Assembly (NCBI GenBank): GCA_963745235.1
Contig: CAVUXE010000029.1
Span: forward strand, 137,507 to 201,506
Length of the DNA: 64,000 nt
DNA from: an uncultured Spirochaetota bacterium
GTDB lineage: Bacteria; Spirochaetota; Spirochaetia; SZUA-6; Fen-1364
Direction: 5' to 3'
Part shown: piece after piece, positions 50,829 to 60,812 of the stretch
How positions within the stretch are numbered: the stretch's first letter is position 1
Layout of the letters: every line of letters begins with the position of its first letter
Made by a program: the position numbers and the translations under genes
Notes under the pieces: model-generated
What the model was told of the DNA's origin: nothing
What the model saw: the letters and a program-made list of their open reading frames with translations, nothing else
Databases searched by the model: none

Positions 50829-51626
50829 CTAGTCGGCGCGCGTCTCGTCCAGGGCCTTCTTATCGCGTTCCTCGAGAAAGCCCTCTATCTTTTCTTTCAC
50901 GAGCGCCGGACTCTCTCCCTGCTGGATGGAGCGCACGCCGACGATGATGAGCTGCTTCTCCAGCCGGAACTGTTTTACCTGATTCTTCAGCTTGTTGGCA
51001 ATGGGCAGCCAGATGAGGTTCGCAAAGGATATGCCGTACAAGGTCGCAATGAAGGCAACGGCGATGGATCTGCCCAGCTCCTTCGTGTCCGCGCCCAGCC
51101 TTCCAAGAACGAGGACGAGGCCCATGACCGTTCCGATGATTCCCATGGTGGGGGAGAAGCCGCCCGCAGTCTCGAAGAGAGCCGCTTCCTCCATCTTGCG
51201 CTGCTCCACGATGGCAAGATCGCTTTCCAGCACTTCCACGAGGATTTCTGATTCCGTCCCGTCCACGACCAGCCGCAGCCCCTTTCGGAGCGTCTCGTCC
51301 TCCAGGTCCTCGACCGTATCCTCGAGGCTGAGGATCCCGTCCCGCCGCGCCTTTTCTGCGAACTCAAGGAGCTGCTGGGCGAGCTGCGGCGAGGGACCGG
51401 GGACTCTGCGAAGGGACTGGCGGACAAGCCGGGGGATGCCGAGCACCTCTTTCAGGCTGTACGAGATCGTGCAGGCGCCCAGGGTGCCCAGCACGATGAT
51501 GATCAGGGCGCTGACACCGACAAGGCCCATCGGGTTTCCGCCCTCCAGGAGGAAGCCCAGGAGCAACCCCCCGAAACCCATGATGAGCCCGATTGCCGTC
51601 GATGTATCAGAACCTCTTCTGGCCAT
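50829..51626 (-). CDS. motA: Flagellar stator protein MotA
   Basis: ARRDGILSLE, GGFSPTMGIIGTVMGL, AFIATLYGI..ANL.WLPIANKL. Confidence 0.93.
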   Translation of the reverse strand: MARRGSDTSTAIGLIMGFGGLLLGFLLEGGNPMGLVGVSALIIIVLGTLGACTISYSLKEVLGIPRLVRQSLRRVPGPSPQLAQQLLEFAEKARRDGILSLEDTVEDLEDETLRKGLRLVVDGTESEILVEVLESDLAIVEQRKMEEAALFETAGGFSPTMGIIGTVMGLVLVLGRLGADTKELGRSIAVAFIATLYGISFANLIWLPIANKLKNQVKQFRLEKQLIIVGVRSIQQGESPALVKEKIEGFLEERDKKALDETRAD

Positions 51627-51712
51627 CGAATACTCCTTGTCGCATTACAATTCTCCATTATAGAGAGTCGGAGAGTCCAACGCCATACATAAGGCAAAGC
51701 GTAAGGGGGGGG

Positions 51713-52027
51713 CTAGCTCTCCATCTGGATCAATGTGTCGAACTTTATCATCTTCAGGAGCTGTGCTATCTGCGGGCTGCATTTACGGATGGTGAGCTTG
51801 ATGCCTTTCTGGTCGCACTGCGTGCGGAAGTGCAGGAGCTTCCCGATGGCGGAGGAGCTGAGGCTCTTCAGGCCCTCGAAGTTGAGGACAATTGCACCCT
51901 TGGCGCGCCCGAGGGCTTCCGCCAGCCTGGCGGCAAGCTCATCCATGTCTTCCCGGGCAAGGTGGCCCGTTGTCAGCACTTCAATCTCTCCTGAGGCCCC
52001 TTCTCTCACCTGGATCATGTCTGCCAC
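51713..52027 (-). CDS. STAS-domain anti-sigma factor antagonist
   Basis: IVLNFEGLKSLSSSAIGKLL. Confidence 0.85.
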   Translation of the reverse strand: MADMIQVREGASGEIEVLTTGHLAREDMDELAARLAEALGRAKGAIVLNFEGLKSLSSSAIGKLLHFRTQCDQKGIKLTIRKCSPQIAQLLKMIKFDTLIQMES

Positions 52028-52030
52028 CTC

Positions 52031-53404
52031 CTACAAGGCCTTCAGGAGATCCACGAAATACGGAAGGACCTGCTTTTTGCGGGAGAGGATGCCCTTCATC
52101 TCGAAGAGGTTCTCTTCCGCGCGGGGGTAGGAGATGGCGCCGAGCACGCGCGACTCACCCCGGCACAGGAGGAGGCTCGTCTCCCGAGAGACGTCGGTAA
52201 TCATCAGGCCCGCGAACGAGCAGGCCTCTGCGGTGATGATCCCGTCCAGCACGTCCACCAGCCCGCCTTTCAGCGACAGTATCTGGCTGAAGCCGATGGT
52301 CTCGAACTGGCTGAGGCTGAAGCGCCTCTCCCCCTCGGTGAACACCTTCCGGTCCCTTTCAACGATCTTCTTCGCGTCCATGCCCTCCAGGGAGGACCCC
52401 GCGGCGAACATGGCGGCGCCATGCTTCTCGATGTCCACGCCGCTCAGGGCGGCGAGCCACGCGGCAAGCTCCCTGTCCAGGGGCGTCGTGGTGGGAGAGT
52501 GAAGGATGATGGTGTCAGACAGCATGGCGGAGAGCATGAGGCCGGCGTCCCGGGCGGTGGGGGCGGCCCCGGCTGTCCGGTAGAGGTCCGCGATGATGGT
52601 GCAGGTCGAGCCGACCACCCGGTTGATGAACGTGATGGGAAGGCTCGTGGTGCGTGCCGCCAGCCGGTGGTGGTCGATGATTTCCTGGACGTCCGCCTCT
52701 TCGATCCCGTCCACCGCCTGTCCTGTCTCGTTGTGATCCACCATGACCACGCGCAGCCTGTTCTCCGCCAGGAAGTTCACCCGGGTGATCACCCCCGCGA
52801 GGCTCTTTTCCTCTCCCAGGATGATGAAGCCGCCTTCGTTGCTCTTGCCGATTGCGCGCTGCACGTCCTTGACCAAGGCGTCCGGCGAGAAGGTGGTGTG
52901 ATCCCGTTCCACGAGCGCGCCGATTGTGCCGGCCAGGAGGTTTCTCTCCGTTTCGCCGATGGGCTCATCATCACGGCACCTCTTCACCAGGCCGCTCAGC
53001 ACGGAGACGAGCCGCAGCGTGGTGAGCTTGCCGAGGCATTTGCCGTCCGGCCCGATGACGGGAAGGAACGAGAAGCGGTTCGCCGTGAGCAGGTCGCACG
53101 CCTTCTGCAGCGTGTCCTGCTCCTTCAGGGCTATCAGGTCCTCCCGGGGGATCATGATGTCCTCGATGCGCGAGCGCACATCCGTGACCAGCGGAGGGGC
53201 GTCCGTCTCGAAGCGCGAGAGGACGAACTGGGTCTGCGGGTTGACGTTTCCGGCGCGCCGCGCAATGGCCTCCTCGTGAAGCACCTCGGTCTTCAGCCGG
53301 GCATACACGAGGGCCGCGCAAATGGAGTCGGTGTCCGGGTTCTTATGCCCGACGACGATGAGAGGTTTCTGGCTTCGGGGCATCGCTTTCCTCGTGGCGA
53401 CCAT
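52031..53404 (-). CDS. ppaC: Mn-dependent family II inorganic pyrophosphatase with CBS pair (no DRTGG)
   Basis: GHKNPDTDS, VDHNE, IIDHH, VGSTCTI, SRKKQV; start may be 53383. Confidence 0.9.
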   Translation of the reverse strand: MVATRKAMPRSQKPLIVVGHKNPDTDSICAALVYARLKTEVLHEEAIARRAGNVNPQTQFVLSRFETDAPPLVTDVRSRIEDIMIPREDLIALKEQDTLQKACDLLTANRFSFLPVIGPDGKCLGKLTTLRLVSVLSGLVKRCRDDEPIGETERNLLAGTIGALVERDHTTFSPDALVKDVQRAIGKSNEGGFIILGEEKSLAGVITRVNFLAENRLRVVMVDHNETGQAVDGIEEADVQEIIDHHRLAARTTSLPITFINRVVGSTCTIIADLYRTAGAAPTARDAGLMLSAMLSDTIILHSPTTTPLDRELAAWLAALSGVDIEKHGAAMFAAGSSLEGMDAKKIVERDRKVFTEGERRFSLSQFETIGFSQILSLKGGLVDVLDGIITAEACSFAGLMITDVSRETSLLLCRGESRVLGAISYPRAEENLFEMKGILSRKKQVLPYFVDLLKAL

Positions 53405-54620
53405 TCCTTTGTACCGAGCTCGTGTACTGCGAAAGGGCAGTGGACAGGATCTTCACGGATTCCTCGATCTTGCTCTGCTCCAGGACGTATGCAATGCGCA
53501 CCTCGTTGCGTCCGAGATCCGGCGTGTGGTAAAAGCCGGCTCCCGGGGTCAGCATGACCGTCTTCCCCCCGAGGGAGAAATCCGCAAGGAGGAAGCGGCA
53601 GAAATCCTCCGCATCCGTCACGGGAAGCCGGGCCATGAGATAGAAGGCGCCGTCAGGCACGTTGAACTGAACGCCGGGGATGGCTCGAAGCCCGGCAACC
53701 AGGGCGTCCCGGCGTCGGCGGTACTCATCCTTGATGGGAATGAAATACGAGGGATCCATCCGGTAGGCGGCGTCCGCCGCCAGCTGCCCGACGGTGGGGG
53801 GACACAACCGCGCCTGCGCAAACTTGTCCACCAGCTCCATCACCCCGGTGTTGAAGGAAACGATGCACCCCACGCGCGCGCCGCAGGAGGAGAAGCGCTT
53901 GGATACGGAGTCAATCAGGATGGCGTGCTGTTCGAAGCCCGGAAGGCCGAGCACCGATGTGAACTGAACGTGCTCGTCATAGATGAACTCCCGGTAGACT
54001 TCGTCCGCAATGAGGTACAACCCGTATCTCTCGCACAGCTCACGCAGGGTATCCATTTCCTTTCGGTCGTAGATGATCCCGGTGGGGTTCTCCGGAGAGA
54101 TGTAGAGGATGGCTTTCGTTCGCGGCGTTATGAAACGCGCAATTTCTTCCCGCGACGGGAGGGCGAACGCATTGTCGAGGGAAGACGGAATGGGCACCAC
54201 CTTTGCGGAAATCATTGCGGCAAATGCGATGTAGTTTGCGTAGAACGGCTCACGGACCAGGATTTCGTCTCCCGGATCGCAGAGGGCGGAGAGCGCGAAG
54301 AATATCGCCTCAGACCCTCCGACTGTGACCGCGACTTCCTGGGCGGTCACGGGGTGGCCGTAGCGCTGATAGTAGCCGGCGATGGACTGGCGGAGCTGGG
54401 GGATCCCGAGAGACGGGCTGTACGCAAGCACCTCCGCGTTGAAGCTCCTGTACGCGTCTATCACGGGCCGGGGCGTCCTGATGTCCGGCTGCCCGATGTT
54501 GAGATGGAAGATCTCCACCCCTCTCTTCCTGGCCTCGTCAGCCAGGGGAGTCAGCTTGCGAATGGGTGAAAGCGGTACCGCACCCCCTCTTGCGGAGAGG
54601 GTCAAACGTCTCTGCTCCAT
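53343..54620 (-). CDS. Class I/II PLP aminotransferase
   Basis: HLNIGQPD, PENPTG, DEVYREF, DSVSKRFSSCGARVG. Confidence 0.92.
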   Translation of the reverse strand: MEQRRLTLSARGGAVPLSPIRKLTPLADEARKRGVEIFHLNIGQPDIRTPRPVIDAYRSFNAEVLAYSPSLGIPQLRQSIAGYYQRYGHPVTAQEVAVTVGGSEAIFFALSALCDPGDEILVREPFYANYIAFAAMISAKVVPIPSSLDNAFALPSREEIARFITPRTKAILYISPENPTGIIYDRKEMDTLRELCERYGLYLIADEVYREFIYDEHVQFTSVLGLPGFEQHAILIDSVSKRFSSCGARVGCIVSFNTGVMELVDKFAQARLCPPTVGQLAADAAYRMDPSYFIPIKDEYRRRRDALVAGLRAIPGVQFNVPDGAFYLMARLPVTDAEDFCRFLLADFSLGGKTVMLTPGAGFYHTPDLGRNEVRIAYVLEQSKIEESVKILSTALSQYTSSVQRNGRHEESDAPKPETSHRRRA

Positions 54621-54656
54621 CAGTTCCTTTCCTGCGCCGGCGGCTCGCCCGGCTTC

Positions 54657-55302
54657 CTACGTCTCTCTCACATCATCGATGGATTTCGCCATGGGCCTGA
54701 GCAGCGCGACCAGCGCGTCGCGGGTCATGCCGTCCACTTTCATCGTCACACGGCCGACGCTCGGGTCCTCTCCGAGGAACGTTCCCAGGGCAATGATGTT
54801 GCCGCCCGCGTTCGCGACTCCCGCGGAGACCTTGGCGAGCTCACCCTTCACATTCGGCACCGTCACGGAAATGCGGATGCCCTTCTGCCGGGCGCCGAAC
54901 AGCTCGATGAATACGCGGAAGAGGTCGCTTTCCGTGATGACGCCGACCACCGCGCTCCCTCGCACGATGGGCAGACCGCCGATTCCCTTGTCCGCCATTG
55001 TCCGCGCCGCCTCTTCGAGAGGGACATCCTCCGTCACGGTGATGACGTTCCTGGACATCACTTTTTCCACTTTGAGCTTGGCCAGGAGCGATGTCATCTC
55101 GTAGACGCTGAGGGTGGAAGCGGGAGACGGGGAAGCGTAGAGAAGGTCCTTTTCCGACACGATCCCCACCAGCTTCTCGTCCTTGTCCAGCACGGGGAGG
55201 TGGTGGATCTTCTCGCGCTTCATCAGCGCCTGCGCCTCGGTTACCGGGCATGTCAGGCCTGATGGTGATTGGATTGCGTGTCATGCGCTCCTTCACGAGC
55301 AT
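54657..55302 (-). CDS. CBS-pair + ACT domain protein (AcuB-like), frameshift near 55245
   Basis: MLVKERMTRNPITI joins MKREKIHHLPV...SPASTLSVYE...GVITESDLF...ACT. Confidence 0.85.
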
Positions 55303-55373
55303 GGCTTCCCTCCTCGGTTCTGAATGCTTGTCAATACTAAAGAAGATTCCGGGCAGTGGTCAATTGCCGGCGA

Positions 55374-56429
55374 CTATGGCGCGCGGCGTCTTCGGCGATC
55401 CCGGTAGCGGCCCAGCAGCATGGCGATCCGCGAGGTGGCCGGGATCCGCTCCAGGATGATTTTCAGGGACGCGGTGACGGGGACGGCCAGGAGCACTCCG
55501 GCGGGGCCCCACATCCATCCCCAGAAGAACAGGGAAAGGAATATCACGAAGAAGGAAAGGTCCAGCTGCTCTCCAAGGACGCGCGGCTCGATGAAGCTGG
55601 ACACCCCTACGTGGAGCGCGCCGAGGCTTGCGGCAATGGCAAGGGGGAGAAGCGACCCGGGGAACTGCACCATCGATACGAGGACCGGGAGGACGATGGC
55701 CGTGAGAGGCCCAAGGGTGGGGACGAAGTTCAGGACAACGGTGACGAACCCCCACGTGACCGCGAACTCCACGCGGAAGAGCAGCAGGATGCCCATGGTC
55801 ACGATCCCAATGGCGAGGCTCGCCAGGGCCTTGATCCCGAGGTAGGCACGCAGGTGGCGGTCCACGTGCTTCAGGACAATGGGCACCAGGCTGTGTCTGC
55901 GCGGGAACACGGTGAGGATCTTCCGCACGAAGCGGTATTTCCCCAGGAGGAGGATGATTGCGAAGAAGAAGATCAGGAGGAACTCGGAGAGGAACCGGAT
56001 TGAGCTTCGCGCCGCCCCCATGACGATGGGCCGCACGGGCAGAGTCCGCAGCTCCTCGAAGGGGTCGATGCTGATGGTGGTGCCAATGGACTCTTCGACG
56101 CTGTGCAGCAGCGCCTGCGCCCGCGTCGTGATGGCTTCCTGGAACCGCGGGAACGTGCGGCCGAAGTGGGGCAGGTCGAAGAAGATGAGGATTGCGAGAC
56201 CCAGGAAAAGAGCGAAGAAGAAGACAATGGCGATGAGAGCGGCAAGCCACAGGGGAAGCCGGCGGCGATGCAGGAACACGACCAGGGGGTCGATCACGTA
56301 GACCAGGAGGACCGTGAGAAGCAGCGCGATGAATACCGGCGCGGCGAACTTCAGGGCTGCTCCCGTCAGGAAGACGACGATCACGGTGAGCAGCTTGTTC
56401 GTTGTCCTGACGGGATTCGGCTCCGGCAT
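55374..56429 (-). CDS. AI-2E family transporter
   Basis: LNFVPTLGP, IEPRVLG, WGWMWGPAGVLLAVP. Confidence 0.9.
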   Translation of the reverse strand: MPEPNPVRTTNKLLTVIVVFLTGAALKFAAPVFIALLLTVLLVYVIDPLVVFLHRRRLPLWLAALIAIVFFFALFLGLAILIFFDLPHFGRTFPRFQEAITTRAQALLHSVEESIGTTISIDPFEELRTLPVRPIVMGAARSSIRFLSEFLLIFFFAIILLLGKYRFVRKILTVFPRRHSLVPIVLKHVDRHLRAYLGIKALASLAIGIVTMGILLLFRVEFAVTWGFVTVVLNFVPTLGPLTAIVLPVLVSMVQFPGSLLPLAIAASLGALHVGVSSFIEPRVLGEQLDLSFFVIFLSLFFWGWMWGPAGVLLAVPVTASLKIILERIPATSRIAMLLGRYRDRRRRRAP

Positions 56430-56463
56430 CGCCACCAATCGATCAGAACGCGGGCGCGCTGTC

Positions 56464-56491
56464 AAGGGATCATCGAAAAGGGATCATCGAA
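56464..56491. repeat. 14-bp perfect tandem duplication in a divergent intergenic region
   Basis: aagggatcatcgaa x2. Confidence 0.85.
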
Positions 56492-56534
56492 AAAACCCTG
56501 TACAGCCGGCCCGGTCTGCGGTAGCCTGCCGGCG

Positions 56535-57188
56535 TTGAAGACCTACATCATCATCGCGGGAAACATTGGAGCGGGAAAGTCGACCCTCGTTCGCATGATG
56601 TGCGAGCTGCTGGGCTGGGAGCCATACTATGAGCCGGTTGCGGAGAACCCCTACCTTGCGGACTTCTACCTGGACATGAAGCGGTGGGCCTTCAACTCCC
56701 AGGTCTTTTTCCTGACGCATCGCGCCCGGTCACATCGCGCGCTCATGGACTCACGGCGGTCCGTTGTCCAGGACCGCTCCTTCTACGAGGATGCGGAAGT
56801 CTTTGCCCGGGCCCAGTACATGATGGGCTCTCTCAGCGAGCGTGACTGGCAGACGTACCAGGGGCTGTACCACACGCTCACCATGCTCCTGGCGCCGCCC
56901 GACCTGGTGGTCTACCTGCGCGCATCAGTAGCGACGCTTCGCCGGCGCATTGCCCGGCGCGCGCGGAGCATTGAGGCCGACATCTCCGACACCTACCTCA
57001 TGAGCTTGAACGACCTCTACGAACGGTGGATCGGCACCTTCGACGTGGCCCCGGTGCTCGTTGTGCCCTCGGACCGGCTGGACTTCGTGGAAGAGTCGCG
57101 GGACCTTCATGCCATTGTCGCAACCATCCAGAAGCAGCTTCACGGCCGCCAGGGGCTTCTCTTTCCGGATGAAGTTCCTGGTCGCTAG
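56535..57188 (+). CDS. Deoxynucleoside kinase
   Basis: AGNIGAGKST P-loop, ENPYLADFY, QDRSFYED, PDLVVYL; TTG start. Confidence 0.92.
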   Translation: MKTYIIIAGNIGAGKSTLVRMMCELLGWEPYYEPVAENPYLADFYLDMKRWAFNSQVFFLTHRARSHRALMDSRRSVVQDRSFYEDAEVFARAQYMMGSLSERDWQTYQGLYHTLTMLLAPPDLVVYLRASVATLRRRIARRARSIEADISDTYLMSLNDLYERWIGTFDVAPVLVVPSDRLDFVEESRDLHAIVATIQKQLHGRQGLLFPDEVPGR

Positions 57189-58151
57189 CCCCGTATCCAG
57201 GTTCCCGTTTCTCCGCGCAGGGCGCGGCCGATGTTTTCAGGATTGGTGATGAGCGCCTCTTTTCCGCCCGCCTCCAGGTACCAGACTGCCGCCTGGATCT
57301 TCGGCGCCATGGATCCCTTTGCAAAGTGCCTGCCCTCGGAGAGAAGCTTCTTTGCCTCCGCCAGGGTGAGCGAGTCCAGCCAGCGTCTGCTCGGGCGTGC
57401 CGAAGTTGATGGCCACCCTCTCCACGGCCGTGGCGATCAGGAAAAGGTCAGCCTTCAGCTCGCGGGCCAGGAGACTGCAGGCGTAATCCTTGTCGATCAC
57501 TGCCGCGATCCCCCGGTACTCGCCGCTTCCCACGTCGACAACCGGGATGCCCCCGCCCCCCGCGGCGATCACGGTGATGCCGTCATCCATGACGGCCCGG
57601 ATGGAGTCCAGCTCCACGATCTCCTTTGGCAGGGGTGACGGCACCACTCGCCGCCACCCGCGGCCCGCGTCTTCCACGACGGCCCAGCCCATCTCGCGCC
57701 GGCGCCTCTCCGCTTCTGCAGCGTCCATGAACCCGCCGATTGGCTTGGTCGGGGCGGCGAAGGCCGGATCTTTCTGATCGACGAGGACCTGCGTGATGAT
57801 TGTCGCCACGTTCTTGTGCACGCCCCGGTGGTAGAGCTGGTTCTGGAGCGCCTGCTGCAGCTCGTACCCGATGGCCCCCTGCGTGTCGGCTCCGCAGACG
57901 TCCAGGGGGACTTCATGCATTCCTTCCGCCTTGTGGGCTATCTCCGAGCGGCGCAGGATGAACCCTACCTGGGGTCCATTCCCGTGCCCAATGGCGAGGT
58001 CCCAGCCGTTCTCCATCATGTCCGCAAGATGGGCGGCGGTGTCCCGAAGGGCTTCCTCCTGGTCCTCCACCGTCTGGTGCTTCGAGTCCCGGATGAGTGA
58101 GTTGCCGCCGATTGCAACGACGGCGCGACGCGACGAGCCTTGCGTTTTCAT
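57185..58151 (-). CDS. arcC: Carbamate kinase (frameshift near 57385)
   Basis: VAIGGNSL, HGNGPQVG, PTKPIG, WRRVVPSP, GGGGIPV, AVIDKD; GSMAPKI...TGTWI in a shifted frame. Confidence 0.92.
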
Positions 58152-58225
58152 CCTCGCGAGTATAGCCGAAAAATGCCCTCCCGCGCCACCAAATCTGGTA
58201 GAATGGCGCCGGAGGAGGAATACTC

Positions 58226-59257
58226 ATGGCCGCAACCGCAATCGACTGGTATCGGATCCCGATTGAGAAGGAAATGCTGCGGAAGCTCACGCAGAGAAGC
58301 GACCTGCGCGGCTGGCTCCGCTCGGGGAGCTTTCTCCTCATCTACGCCGCGCTGACCGCCCTGGCGGTGTATTTTTTCCTGCATCGCTGGTGGGCGGCCA
58401 TGGTGGTTGCATGCTACTTCCATGCCCTGTTCGTGAACATGATGAGCATTTCCGCGGCTGTCCACGAGCTCAGTCACGGCACTCCCTTCAGGACGAAGCC
58501 GGTGAACGAGTTCTTCCTGTACCTCTTCAGCTTCCTCACGTGGAACAACCCCGTGCATTTCAGGGCCAGCCACATCCTGAACCATCACCAGTTCACCCTT
58601 TACCGCGGCAGGGACAAGGAAGTCATCCAGGTGCCGGTGAAGGAGAAGCTCAATCCCGCCGCCATCGTGAGCTGGCTCACCTTCGACTGGGCCTGGTTCG
58701 CCAACGTCATGCGCGCCAACGTCCTGCACGCGCTCGGCAACGGGGATGCGGACTTCTTCAACTGGGATCCTCTCTTCCCGAAGGATGATCCGCGCAGGAA
58801 GGCGATGTGCTCCTGGGCACGGATCGTCGTGGTCGGGTATGTCGTTCTCCTTGCCCTGTTCATTGCGCTGCACCTGTGGGTTGCGATCTTCCTGGTGTTT
58901 TCCTATTTCTTCGTGCGCATCCTTGCCAACCTGACCGGGGCAATCCAGCACACCGGACTGGGCTCCAACGTCCCCGACTGGCGCGCCATCTGCCACACGG
59001 TGAAGCTGGGCCCCGTGGTGCGCTACCTGTACTGGAACATGAACTATCACACCGAGCACCACATGTACGCCGCGGTGCCGTTCTTCAACCTGCCGAAGCT
59101 GCGCGCGGTGCTTGAGAAGGACATGCCGCCGGCGCACCAGAGCTTCGCGGCGTGCCTTCGCAAGCTCTCCGAGATCAGGCGCGAGCAGGAAAAGGACCCG
59201 GCTTACACCTGGCTGCCGGAGTTTCCCGCGGGCGCGGTCCCTCCCCGGCTGGCATAG
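58226..59257 (+). CDS. Fatty-acid-desaturase-superfamily membrane di-iron enzyme (MocD-like)
   Basis: Three His boxes: HELSH, HILNHH, NYHTEHH. Confidence 0.85.
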   Translation: MAATAIDWYRIPIEKEMLRKLTQRSDLRGWLRSGSFLLIYAALTALAVYFFLHRWWAAMVVACYFHALFVNMMSISAAVHELSHGTPFRTKPVNEFFLYLFSFLTWNNPVHFRASHILNHHQFTLYRGRDKEVIQVPVKEKLNPAAIVSWLTFDWAWFANVMRANVLHALGNGDADFFNWDPLFPKDDPRRKAMCSWARIVVVGYVVLLALFIALHLWVAIFLVFSYFFVRILANLTGAIQHTGLGSNVPDWRAICHTVKLGPVVRYLYWNMNYHTEHHMYAAVPFFNLPKLRAVLEKDMPPAHQSFAACLRKLSEIRREQEKDPAYTWLPEFPAGAVPPRLA

Positions 59258-59271
59258 CTCTGCAGCCGGAA

Positions 59272-60723
59272 GGGTGGGAATTCGGGAATAGGCAATCATA
59301 GTTGACATTCAAGCGACGGCCGACTCCGGAGTCCATCTCTGCGGCTGCGGCTGGAAGTAGCGGTGGAGATTGCCGTTGAGCTTCTCCACCCTGACCCTGA
59401 GCACTCGGACGTTATCTTGGCGTTTCCAGCGCATCCCACTCCCCTTGAAGCGCTTGGCCACAACGAACTTGCAGCTTCCTTCTACCAGCCCACTGCCAAT
59501 CGGGAAGCCCTGCGCCCTGTAGGTGTCGTAGTCCATGCGAGACAAGTTGTTTTTGAAGTAGTTGATCTCCCTGATCGCTGAGTCCCGCTGGGCAAGGGTG
59601 TCGGCCCTGCGCCGCATCTCCTGGGTGACCTGCAAGGCCTGTCCGTCCAACAGCATGCGCGCCCATCGAGCATGAGTCACCTTTGCTTTGCGTTGATCGG
59701 TAAGAAGGCTGCAGAAAACTCCAAGATGCTCACTGGCGTGATAGAAATCCAGGATTCCCACAGAGCCGGGGAAGTTTGTCTGTTGCAGTTCCCAGTTGGT
59801 GTGAGCCCCATCGGCCAAGAACACAAGTTTCTTGGCGAAGTGTTGACCCATGGCCAGAGCTGCTCGTCCCGCGTAGATATCAAACTCTTGGTGCTGGCCA
59901 TAGCGAGCCCCTGTCCACCGATCGACTTCTTTTCCTTCGTGAATCTTCTGCACGACGACCACGTTGCATTCTTTCCAATCCGTGGGTTGCTTCAGGCTTT
60001 CACGCCCACGGAGGCCCTTCTTTTCCAGGATTTGAGGGCTGATGGTCCCGTCAACTTCCACTACCATCAACTCGCAGGGTTTCTGCCCCCGTTGAGCCGA
60101 GATCATCGCGTAGGGATTGTCCGGGATGCGCTCTCCAACGGCCTCGGTATTACGCTGCACCGCCGTGGCACTCACGGCAAATCCCAGCGCCTCCCCCAGC
60201 AGATTCGCCGCCCGAGCAAAGGCCTCAGTGCCGCCGAAACTGGATAACAGATAGCTCATCAACGGGGAGTACCCCAAACAGCGATCCAATCCCAGCTTCT
60301 CATCCAGCGGAATCCACCCTCCCGCCTCTGTGACAAACTTGTAGCACCGTCGCGGCAGCACTACCTCTCCGCCAAACCGATTGAGAAACCGCAGATTGCG
60401 TTTGCCCGAGTACACCGCCCTACGTTCCCCGACGCGAAGGCTGTTTTCAATGGTCGGTTCCTGCACTCCATGCAAAATCTCTTCCTCCAAGGCTCGCCCC
60501 AGTTCATAGATGAACTGCAAGATCCGCTCTTCCACCTGCTCAAAGGTGCATTTGCCCAAGTTCAGACCCTCGGCAAGTTCCTTGACCAGGATCTGGCTGC
60601 GCGGTAGAACATCAGTGATTTCCATGGCCTATCTCCCCTCCCTAAAAAGGAATCAGCAAGGTGGAGATAGGCTTTTTTCTTCAAAAACTCAATGACAAAA
60701 AACCCGTTCTTGAAATCGCACCC
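59272..60723 (-). mobile_element. Insertion sequence, ISKra4/ISLre2-like
   Basis: Imperfect terminal IRs gggtgggaattcgggaa (59272) and gggtgcgatttcaagaa (reverse complement, ending 60723), 13/17 match, enclosing a transposase. Confidence 0.8.
59309..60625 (-). CDS. Transposase (ISKra4/ISLre2, UPF0236-like DDE)
   Basis: VEVDG, FLADGA..NW, LDFYHASEHL, PIGSGLVEGSCK..V.KRFKGSGMRW. Confidence 0.9.
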   Translation of the reverse strand: MEITDVLPRSQILVKELAEGLNLGKCTFEQVEERILQFIYELGRALEEEILHGVQEPTIENSLRVGERRAVYSGKRNLRFLNRFGGEVVLPRRCYKFVTEAGGWIPLDEKLGLDRCLGYSPLMSYLLSSFGGTEAFARAANLLGEALGFAVSATAVQRNTEAVGERIPDNPYAMISAQRGQKPCELMVVEVDGTISPQILEKKGLRGRESLKQPTDWKECNVVVVQKIHEGKEVDRWTGARYGQHQEFDIYAGRAALAMGQHFAKKLVFLADGAHTNWELQQTNFPGSVGILDFYHASEHLGVFCSLLTDQRKAKVTHARWARMLLDGQALQVTQEMRRRADTLAQRDSAIREINYFKNNLSRMDYDTYRAQGFPIGSGLVEGSCKFVVAKRFKGSGMRWKRQDNVRVLRVRVEKLNGNLHRYFQPQPQRWTPESAVA

Positions 60724-60812
60724 CCTACGCTTGACGGCGCAAGTAAATTGATATATGAAAGCGATGACTTGGGCGGCCGATTATTGGAGCAGGAGAGGAG
60801 GTCTTGGCCGCA

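Noticed and set aside
50053-51626. ZorAB-like defence system
   Set aside because: Lengths and motifs are those of canonical flagellar MotA/MotB; no long ZorA tail or zorCDE
1-59000. Many long antisense or alternate-frame ORFs (e.g. 15866-17401, 20162-21757, 27489-28976, 34828-37014, 46693-48291)
   Set aside because: Shadows of real genes caused by high GC3; no motifs of their own
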